Assembly: GCA_041694835.1 (NCBI GenBank)
Contig: JBGFRZ010000009.1
Location: 1-31,670 of the forward strand
Direction: 5' to 3'
From: Ignavibacteria bacterium
Lineage (GTDB): Bacteria > Elusimicrobiota > Endomicrobiia > PHAN01
Length of the DNA stretch: 31,670 nt
A program made the translations under genes and the position numbers. The notes beneath the pieces are model-generated. The model saw only the letters and a program-made list of their open reading frames with translations, was not told the DNA's origin and searched no databases. This document shows, piece after piece, positions 1 through 6,898 of the stretch (positions within the stretch are counted from its first letter, which is position 1; every line of letters starts with the position of its first letter).

Positions 1-53
1 GGCACTTGTATCTACCGTCTTTAAGCCTCCATGCCCAACAGTGAGAACATTGG

Positions 54-83
54 GGACATTGTCGTTTCACAATGTCTTATTTT
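54..83 (+). terminator. Intrinsic terminator-like hairpin upstream of CRISPR array
   Basis: GACATTGT (55-62) / ACAATGTC (69-76) perfect 8-bp stem followed by TTATTTT. Confidence 0.55.
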
Positions 84-146
84 AGCATAATTTTAGTCCG
101 TTTTCTTTGGCTATTACCAAAGAATATAAGGAACTGTCGTTATAGA

Positions 147-314
147 GTTTTGACGCTACTAAAATTCTGAATTTGTTATAATGTGGTCGGTAGTTTATTC
201 GTTCTATAAGTCGTTTTGACGCTACTAAAATTCTGAATTTGTTATAATAATTAGAAACATCTGTCTTGCCAACATATTGTTTTGACGCTACTAAAATTCT
301 GAATTTGTTATAAT
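147..314 (+). CRISPR. Type II CRISPR array, 3 identical 36-bp repeats, two 30-bp spacers (possible third spacer 117-146)
   Basis: GTTTTGACGCTACTAAAATTCTGAATTTGTTATAAT at 147-182, 213-248, 279-314; spacers 183-212 and 249-278. Orientation inferred from tracrRNA pairing to the GTTTTG end and TGTTATAAT at the 3' end of each repeat. Confidence 0.95.
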
Positions 315-343
315 AGGATTTATAGTGCGGATTTGCGTAAGAT

Positions 344-373
344 TTGCATTTTCTGCGCTAAAAATTGTATAAT
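344..373 (+). promoter_or_regulatory. Putative sigma70 promoter of tracrRNA
   Basis: TTGCAT (344-349), 18 nt, TATAAT (368-373); with the MITE removed it lies just upstream of the tracrRNA. Confidence 0.55.
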
Positions 374-549
374 GAGCTCGTTGAAAAACCTTAATCTTTT
401 GAACGATTTGGCAGTTTCAGGTTAAAAGTTGAAATCGTTTAGACCGCAATGTCCGACGAGCAAAGCGAGGAGTTTTGCGGTCTGATTGAAACTTTTAACC
501 GTTAAGAAACTGCCCTTTAAGTGAAAAAGATGGGTTTTTCAATAATCTC
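374..549. mobile_element. 176-bp palindromic MITE, copy 1
   Basis: GAG...CTC ends with imperfect TIRs, 5-bp direct repeat ATAAT (369-373 / 550-554), nested stems along its whole length; 174/176 identical to 31374-31549. Confidence 0.9.
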
Positions 550-560
550 ATAATGTTCAT

Positions 561-655
561 AATAGCGTCTGTTTTGACATTACGGTTTAGTAGCGTCTTA
601 ACAAAATACAAAGAGACCTTGACCTCTGCATGGCACGTCAGGGTTATCTTTTTTT
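561..655 (+). ncRNA. tracrRNA (5' end uncertain)
   Basis: Anti-repeat TTTAGTAGCGT (586-596) pairs with repeat ACGCTACTAAA, bulge CTTAA, CAAAAT (602-607) pairs with GTTTTG; then hairpin ACCTTGAC (616-623)/GTCAGGGT (637-644) and T-tract 649-655. Confidence 0.85.
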
Positions 656-658
656 AAC

Positions 659-1012
659 TCACCAGAATTGAAGTTGTTCTCCCTTAAATGATTTATTGTT
701 CACCTTCCTTGTGCCGTATTTTCTTTCATCGCAGATGGTCGCCATTTGTTCCCACTGTGCGTCGGTTATAAAAAGACATTTTACACTTCCTGTACCCGGA
801 TTTATTGCAAATAATTCTGCTATGAGATGTTTTTTCTTATCAATAGTTACAGCGCATCTGACATATACTGAGTACTGAAGCATAAGATACCCAATGTCCA
901 AAAGGTCGTTGCGGAAACGGACCGCCTTTCTTTTTTCTTCGTTTGTGTCCGTAGGTAAATCAAAAAGTACTACAAGCCAGCCCATACGATATGAACTCTT
1001 TATGTTTGACAT
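659..1012 (-). CDS. cas2: CRISPR-associated endonuclease Cas2
   Basis: YRMGWLVVLFDLP...FRNDLLDIGYLMLQYSVYVR...ITDAQW, type II Cas2 pattern; ATG at 1012 overlaps the cas1 stop (TGATG), preferred over the 1072 start. Confidence 0.95.
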   Translation of the reverse strand: MSNIKSSYRMGWLVVLFDLPTDTNEEKRKAVRFRNDLLDIGYLMLQYSVYVRCAVTIDKKKHLIAELFAINPGTGSVKCLFITDAQWEQMATICDERKYGTRKVNNKSFKGEQLQFW

Positions 1013-1914
1013 CACGATATGTCGGCTATACGAGGAATAAATGGTTTGTTGACAACGCCGGTATAAAAGCAATCAGTTATTGACGAAACATATCTGTCTA
1101 TTGAGTTGACAAGTTTAAGGGTTTTTGTAGCGTCGTATTTTATGCGGAGATTTATGAGGTCGGATGCCACGAATTTTATGTATTCTTCTATAGGTTTGCG
1201 AGGATTTTCTGTTTTGAATCTTAAGAGCGAAAGGTCACAGAATGGTCTGAGCGGTTCAAGAAGGTCATAAACGAGCGGCTCTGAGCGGAAACGGTATTTG
1301 TGGTGGATGCCGAGTGTTGTGTTGAGCCCGTGTGCTATGGCGCTTCTGTGGACAAGTGCACCCATTACGGCATAGGCGTAGTTAAGCATTTGATTAACAG
1401 GGTGTTCAGCGTCTTTATGCTCTCTGATATGTGGGGCTTTTCTCCCAAATTTTGAGAAATAAAATTTCCAGTAGTGCCGTGCAACATTACCTTCGTCGGG
1501 ATTTTCCTCAGTGAGATACTTATGTAGTTTGTGAGTAACTTTTATTGAATCAAGTATAACGCACTGATTTTCAAGTTTAGTTTTGAAAAGTTGCAACCAG
1601 AGTTTTTCGGAAAAAGTAAGCGATTTTCCAATTTGACGCTCAAATATCTCGGAATGGACAACCCTGTGGAGTCCGACGGTTTTTCCGATGGGTCGGTAGT
1701 TGTGGTCACAATGAAGTATCACACCGCCGTTTGAAATGATTGCAGAAAGCGACTCGCCTGAAAATTGAACGCCCTGTGCGGCAACTATTACGGCAAGTAT
1801 GTCTGAAATCGGTGCTCTACGCTCGATGCCGTCCGGGGTTTTGAGGACGAGACAGCCGCGGTCAATATGAAGGCGACTCTGATGTTGGAGTATGTGGATT
1901 AGATGGTAGGACAT
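1012..1914 (-). CDS. cas1: Type II CRISPR-associated endonuclease Cas1
   Basis: 300 aa; EGNVARHYW, NQMLNYAYAV, LGIHH, LVYDLLEPLRP motifs; lies between cas9 and cas2. Confidence 0.95.
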   Translation of the reverse strand: MSYHLIHILQHQSRLHIDRGCLVLKTPDGIERRAPISDILAVIVAAQGVQFSGESLSAIISNGGVILHCDHNYRPIGKTVGLHRVVHSEIFERQIGKSLTFSEKLWLQLFKTKLENQCVILDSIKVTHKLHKYLTEENPDEGNVARHYWKFYFSKFGRKAPHIREHKDAEHPVNQMLNYAYAVMGALVHRSAIAHGLNTTLGIHHKYRFRSEPLVYDLLEPLRPFCDLSLLRFKTENPRKPIEEYIKFVASDLINLRIKYDATKTLKLVNSIDRYVSSITDCFYTGVVNKPFIPRIADIS

Positions 1915-1949
1915 ATCCCCTCTCGTAGTCGTTCTGTTTTTGATGCTTG

Positions 1950-4900
1950 TTATATTGCCGTTTTTTGGGTTGGCTCCATTTTACCGTTGGTCATAAGTTC
2001 ATTCAAAGTTGCTAATACAGATGTATTTCCGTCTATAGAAGTTAATTTTACTGTGTTTGTGTGTATTATGGTGTTAAGATACCAAAATCCCTTTGCAACT
2101 TTTTGTTTTGGATTTTGAAGGTTGCAGTCGTTTTTGATTTCAACGAGCATCCCCGAACGGAAAAAGACCGGATTTTTTATTTCGGGATTGTTTTTGAGCG
2201 TCTTGATTTTTTCATACAACGATTCAAAAACATAAATCGGTTCACGCTTCCACTCCTCTTTTTTGTTTTGATAGACGATAAACCCTAAAAACTCTTTCTT
2301 ATTTTTGAGCCACTGCCCCGGCATTTTGCCTCGGATGAACTCACCATATTTCAATAGTTCGCCTTTTTCAAGTTTCTCGCCAGTTTCTTTATCTATAGTG
2401 GACGAGGCAATTTGAACAAACTTTTTGGGTTTTGAGCCGTCGCGCGTATAAGCGTTAATAAACTTTTCCCATCCTTCTTGAGATGGTTTTGAGTAGAGTT
2501 CTTTTTTGAAATCATCTCTTATTCGCTCGTCAAATATACCATCGTAGAATTTTTGAGCGTCTTGAAGTTTGCGAAAATGTTTTATTCTCGTGCCCGTTCC
2601 GAACCGGGTGGTAAAGACATAACACACTTTGCCGTCTTTGATTATCCGTCGCAAACCATAGATGGTCTCAGCGAGTTTTGGCTTTTCAAATCGGATTCTT
2701 TCAGGATAAACATTTTCAATAACTTGCCGGCAATAGTCCTTGTGAAACCAATCGGGGAATATGTCGCCTTTGGTGCGAAGATCAAGTTTTAGTTCCGGAG
2801 TCATTGAAATAACGAGTGCATCAAGGGCGTGGTGGCGGGGATTCGTTCGGTTTTTTTTGTCGAGTTCTCCGCTTCGGGCTAATTTTGTGAAATCTTCGTC
2901 GGGCAAGCCAGGATGGAGCAGTCGGTCGAGTTTGTATTTTCTGCGAAGTTTTGCAGTGAATCCACCGTTTGCAACGATGACTTTTCTTGCTGAGCCTTCG
3001 GTAAGTTGAGGCCAGCCAAAAAACAGATGAACAATTTTTTGTGCAAGTTTGGAAATATAAGCGGTGGCGGCAAGGTCGGTGTATTTGTTTATAAGTTCAA
3101 GCGAGTTTTCAGAGGTTAACAGCGCTTTTTTCTTCTTGTCTAGATTACTCTGGCCGACTGCTTTTATGAAAGCTAACCACTTGTTTTTGTCTGATGAGAG
3201 CCACTCATAAGGTGTGCATTTGGCTTTGTTGCGATTGTTTTCAGCAGTGGTAAGAATTTTGTTTATGTAAGCGTCTGAGCCGCCTGATTCTCGCGGGACT
3301 ATGTGGTCTATTTCATATTCTTCTGAATCCAATTTTGATACGACAAGTGGCGACATTGAGTAAAAATCGTAGCCAACTTGTTCTTTGAATAACATCATTT
3401 TTTCAAGTGATCGTTTACCGGTTATTTTGGAATTTTGGAGGGATTTGTACGCTTCGTCTTTTTTGGCGCGGTTTTCTTTTTGGAGTTTCTCCCATTTTTT
3501 GCGGTTTTTGTTTTTAGGTCCTTGAAAACTTTCCTCGCCTTCCCTGGCAAACTCAAGTATTATTTTGTCTGGTTCTCCGTTGCTTCCGCATTTGTCTTTC
3601 AAGAATTTCAGACGCTTTACAAATAATTCCAGCCGGTGCCTCACGACGGGATTTGTGATACCCCCAAGGATTTCGGCTATGCGTTTTTCACTCTCGGATT
3701 TTTTCAGTTCCGATTCTTCTATGCGGCGGTCGGGGATATAAAATTTTTCCCATTCGGCTGACATATCGAGCAAAAATTTTATGTCTTCAGCGACAAGACC
3801 TTTTTGCGGGTCTTTGTTTTTGTTGTCCGCGAGCCATTCTTTGTGATAAGCGTGTGGACTTTTGCCGGAAAGCAGAATTTCCTTCAAGATTCTCAATGAC
3901 GGTCGGCAGAATCGTGAACGTCCAGATGTTTTAGGTTTTTCTACTTTGACAAGATTTGAGGGCGGAAGGCCAGAGAGATTTGTCTTGATATACTTTTCAA
4001 GTTGTTTTACAGGGATATGTTTGGTGTCGTTATGAGCATTAAATAAATTTTTTAGCGCTGAAGGAGATAGAGGTTTTTCTGCCTCGCCGGTGGTCATATC
4101 TGTATAGCGGATATTTTTTAGTTCGAGCAGAAATGTTACTTCCTGATTTAGTTCGTCGGACGCTTTGCACACATTGAGACGCGGGATTAGAACGCATTTA
4201 GAAATTATACGGTTGTCAAACCGCGGGATTTTTTGAGAGATGAGCCCCTGAGCGTCCCACTCTGTGCCGCGATGTTTGAAGTATTTTTCGTTTTTACATG
4301 AAGCGTATTCTTCTTCGCCCGGACCGTAGAGGACATATCTGACTTTGTCTTTGAGTTTCAGGTATTGTTTAGACGCTTGTTCGAGCATCTTTAATAATTC
4401 AAGTGCCACGAGTTTTCGCGGTGGGATAAGAGAGGTGCGATTTTCTTTGTTCCTTGCTGGTTCGGGATTGGTGTTGAGTTTTCCGTCCAATTTGTCGGGG
4501 TTGTTGGGGTTCCAGATGCCGAGCCGATATGCTTCGTAATAACAGGGTAGGCGGTATTTTTCGTTTTTGAAAATTTTTTCTAACTCTTGCTGATAATTCT
4601 TGACTGCGGCGCGGTTTTCTTTTTCGTCTTTTTTGTTTTCGTTGTCTTCATCGTTTGCGGTGGCTGATTTTTTATTCTCGTTATTTGCGTTCGCTTTATC
4701 GGTCTCTTCCTCTGTAGAAACATTGCGTTTTAATTTTCCCTTCCATGGCAAGTCGGCGTCGTAGCCACGCCTTTGTATTGCCGACCAGATGGCTTTGTAA
4801 ATCTGCCAACCCTCAAGTTTTACACCTTGTAAAAGAGCGATACGCAAAAGACAGGAAGCGTAAATGGTTTTGTCGCCGTCTTTGGGAAATTGGCGGGAAA

Positions 4901-5186
4901 TTCTTTCGTCCGGTTTTACAAATGTTCCGTCGGCGGTAAGATGTCCCGTTTCCAAAATTTCAATTCCAACTTCTTTTGACTGTGCTCGCCACCAATCCTC
5001 GCGTTTTTTGTGCGCCCGACGGGTTTTGATTTGCCTCCTTCTTTCGCGAGCATCTTTTAATATCGCAAAATCATTCGGCAGTAAAAGTGAATGTAGATGC
5101 AATATCTCTTTCCCCCGTCGCACACACTCCCCGATACTCCCAGTTCCTAAATCAAACGACCAAATTGTCTTTTGTTTTTCCTCCAT
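1950..5186 (-). CDS. cas9: Cas9 endonuclease, 1078 aa
   Basis: RuvC-I FDLGTGSIG, Arg-rich bridge helix, RuvC-II IILEFARE, HNH EIDHIVP..GG.D..NK...ENNRNK, RuvC-III RHHALDA; GGAGG RBS; no csn2 or cas4 nearby. Confidence 0.95.
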   Translation of the reverse strand: MEEKQKTIWSFDLGTGSIGECVRRGKEILHLHSLLLPNDFAILKDARERRRQIKTRRAHKKREDWWRAQSKEVGIEILETGHLTADGTFVKPDERISRQFPKDGDKTIYASCLLRIALLQGVKLEGWQIYKAIWSAIQRRGYDADLPWKGKLKRNVSTEEETDKANANNENKKSATANDEDNENKKDEKENRAAVKNYQQELEKIFKNEKYRLPCYYEAYRLGIWNPNNPDKLDGKLNTNPEPARNKENRTSLIPPRKLVALELLKMLEQASKQYLKLKDKVRYVLYGPGEEEYASCKNEKYFKHRGTEWDAQGLISQKIPRFDNRIISKCVLIPRLNVCKASDELNQEVTFLLELKNIRYTDMTTGEAEKPLSPSALKNLFNAHNDTKHIPVKQLEKYIKTNLSGLPPSNLVKVEKPKTSGRSRFCRPSLRILKEILLSGKSPHAYHKEWLADNKNKDPQKGLVAEDIKFLLDMSAEWEKFYIPDRRIEESELKKSESEKRIAEILGGITNPVVRHRLELFVKRLKFLKDKCGSNGEPDKIILEFAREGEESFQGPKNKNRKKWEKLQKENRAKKDEAYKSLQNSKITGKRSLEKMMLFKEQVGYDFYSMSPLVVSKLDSEEYEIDHIVPRESGGSDAYINKILTTAENNRNKAKCTPYEWLSSDKNKWLAFIKAVGQSNLDKKKKALLTSENSLELINKYTDLAATAYISKLAQKIVHLFFGWPQLTEGSARKVIVANGGFTAKLRRKYKLDRLLHPGLPDEDFTKLARSGELDKKNRTNPRHHALDALVISMTPELKLDLRTKGDIFPDWFHKDYCRQVIENVYPERIRFEKPKLAETIYGLRRIIKDGKVCYVFTTRFGTGTRIKHFRKLQDAQKFYDGIFDERIRDDFKKELYSKPSQEGWEKFINAYTRDGSKPKKFVQIASSTIDKETGEKLEKGELLKYGEFIRGKMPGQWLKNKKEFLGFIVYQNKKEEWKREPIYVFESLYEKIKTLKNNPEIKNPVFFRSGMLVEIKNDCNLQNPKQKVAKGFWYLNTIIHTNTVKLTSIDGNTSVLATLNELMTNGKMEPTQKTAI

Positions 5187-5324
5187 ATGACCCTCCGATA
5201 AGGTAATGTGCTATAATTCCTGTAAAAACTCATGATGTTGTCTCTTGAAAAATAAATAAAAAAGGCGTAAAATATCTCCTATAACAAAAACAAGGGTCCA
5301 AAGAGGCCCTAAAAAAGAGGTTTT

Positions 5325-5519
5325 ACGCCTACAAGAAGGATAGCAAAAAGTCAAGTGTTTCGTCAAGTTGTTGAAGATATGCTTATCAGTGGAAAAGCAG
5401 AGGCACTGTCGCAGACGCTTGACGCATTTATAAAGATGAGCGCCCGATACATGCTGCAAATAGCCTTGGAGCGGGAAGTTACGGAGTATCTTGGCGTTTG
5501 GTTGATATATCCCTTTTAA
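5325..5519 (+). pseudogene. Probable IS256-family transposase N-terminal remnant
   Basis: My translation from ACG (after GAGG) reads ...LDAFIKMSARYMLQIALEREVTEYLG then stops, resembling the IS256 Tnp N-terminal helix (ARxMLxxALExEVTEFLG); recognised by eye only. Confidence 0.55.
5337..5366 (-). promoter_or_regulatory. Candidate proximal cas operon promoter
   Basis: Minus strand TTGACG-18 nt-TATCCT with TGn extension. Confidence 0.45.
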
Positions 5520-5531
5520 TTATACAAAACG

Positions 5532-5560
5532 ATTATAGCAAAAAATGGACAAATTGCCAA
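5532..5560 (-). promoter_or_regulatory. Candidate distal cas operon promoter
   Basis: Minus strand TTGGCA-17 nt-TATAAT with TGn extension. Confidence 0.55.
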
Positions 5561-5647
5561 TTGGATTTACAATTTGGACGGATATTATTGTGGAAACGTA
5601 TCGTTACCTATCTTTAATATCTGCTCTTTCAGCGGTGCTTCCATAAA

Positions 5648-5728
5648 CCCCGTTAGAAATCTCCGATGGCTACAAGTTCGTCTGAAATTTTTGGTTTCTG
5701 CTTAATAACTTGGGTATTTCTAACGGGG
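5648..5728. mobile_element. Small MITE with CCCCGTTAGAAAT termini, copy A
   Basis: 13-bp perfect TIR CCCCGTTAGAAAT / ATTTCTAACGGGG flanked by TAAA on both sides; same TIRs at 29670-29759. Confidence 0.75.
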
Positions 5729-5782
5729 TAAACTCCGCACAGGGGGATTTGCAAAGTGGGATTGTGCCGTCGGTATTGATAG

Positions 5783-6814
5783 TTATTGGCGAGACAGAGC
5801 GGTGGGAAGATTAAATTTGTAAGAAAGAGAAATTCGGTGGGTTCCGTAGATGTCTTTTATACCCGAGAGATTCCATACAAAACCATAGTTGATGTTAAAC
5901 ATTTCTTTATAGTAATAGCCAAATCCGACTGAAAATGAGCCTTTATTTCGTGTTCCGGTGTTCAATCCGCCTCGTAAAGCAACGGAGTTCTCTTGAAGCC
6001 ATTTTTCTACACCTGTTAGCAACATCACATCTGCCATATCAAAAATAATATCCATTGTAACATTTAAATCGGATATCCCGTAACAAATACCTGGCGTAAT
6101 CGTCGGTTTCAAAGCATCTTCTGGTTTCTGAGATAAACCAACGTTAGGACTGTTTATGTTTTTGATGGCAAGTCCTGCATACCAATCTTCAACGAAGTTA
6201 TACATAACACCCAAATCAAATCCTAAAGATAACTTTGTAGTATAACCATACTCATTAAACAAATCATATTGCCGGGTGTATTCATCAGACCCATATGAAA
6301 TGCTCAATATCTTTGTGTTTAGACCCATAGAAAGAGTATCGCTTATTTTACGCGCGTGAGAAATATAAACCGAGTTTTCTTGATAATAATTTCCATAGTG
6401 AAGATTTTTCCACGCAAGACCTAAGGCGCTCGTGCCGTAAATATCTACCTCGGGATGGACAAAACCGACGAAAGAATTTCCTAAACTACTTTCATCTGGA
6501 CCTGAAAGTCCCCAAAATAACCTGGCATATTCAAACGAAAATTCAGGTTTGAAGAGATCGAGCATACCAGCCGGATTATAATGAATGCTATATACATCAT
6601 CGGACAATGCCACATAAGCATTGCCCATTCCGAGCGGTCTTGCTCCGACGCCAAGTTCACCAAAAGCCCCGTAAACAACTGGTAGACGGTAGAAGGTAAA
6701 AGGTAGAAGGTAAAAAAGAAGGAGCAGTAGTGCAGTAGAGCAGTAGCGCAGTAGTATTTTTGAAACTGCTGCTCTGATGCTCTGCCTTGTGCTCTTGCGC
6801 TCTTGTGTCCTCAT
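5783..6814 (-). CDS. PorV/PorQ (UPF0164)-like outer-membrane beta-barrel protein; start uncertain
   Basis: GVGARPLGMGNAYVALSDD..IHYNPAG N-terminal motif, amphipathic strands, C-terminal THRISLSYKF. Confidence 0.8.
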   Translation of the reverse strand: MRTQERKSTRQSIRAAVSKILLRYCSTALLLLLFYLLPFTFYRLPVVYGAFGELGVGARPLGMGNAYVALSDDVYSIHYNPAGMLDLFKPEFSFEYARLFWGLSGPDESSLGNSFVGFVHPEVDIYGTSALGLAWKNLHYGNYYQENSVYISHARKISDTLSMGLNTKILSISYGSDEYTRQYDLFNEYGYTTKLSLGFDLGVMYNFVEDWYAGLAIKNINSPNVGLSQKPEDALKPTITPGICYGISDLNVTMDIIFDMADVMLLTGVEKWLQENSVALRGGLNTGTRNKGSFSVGFGYYYKEMFNINYGFVWNLSGIKDIYGTHRISLSYKFNLPTALSRQ

Positions 6815-6895
6815 CTCTGCCCTCTGTCCTCTATTCTCTGTCTTTTATTCATTTCACTAACCCTATTGCCTGCTGCCTATTCCCTGTTGCCTGTC
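6681..6895. repeat. Cluster of degenerate 7- and 8-mer tandem repeats
   Basis: GGTAGAA x5 (6681-6715), GCAGTAGN x4 (6724-6755), plus CTCTTGYG-, CTCTGTC- and TTGCCTG-like runs. Confidence 0.75.
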
Positions 6896-6898
6896 TTT

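Noticed and set aside
1-55. Possible 3' end of a structured RNA before the terminator (CCCAA/TTGGG stem)
   Set aside because: Truncated by the window edge; no family recognisable
345-373. Possible degenerate fourth CRISPR repeat (TTTTCTGCGCTAAAAATTGTATAAT) about 30 bp after repeat 3
   Set aside because: Needs several mismatches and a gap; better explained as leader/tracrRNA promoter, though descent from a repeat cannot be excluded
1013-1072. Longer 137-aa Cas2 start from the ORF track
   Set aside because: Overlaps cas1; the coupled TGATG start at 1012 gives a normal Cas2
1692-1702. GGTCGGTAGTT in cas1 matches part of spacer 183-212
   Set aside because: Only 11 nt and at the PAM-distal end; consistent with chance, not self-targeting
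5211-5459. 82-aa minus-strand ORF upstream of cas9 as a possible regulator or anti-CRISPR
   Set aside because: No recognisable motif; antisense to the IS-like frame and overlapping promoter-like sequence
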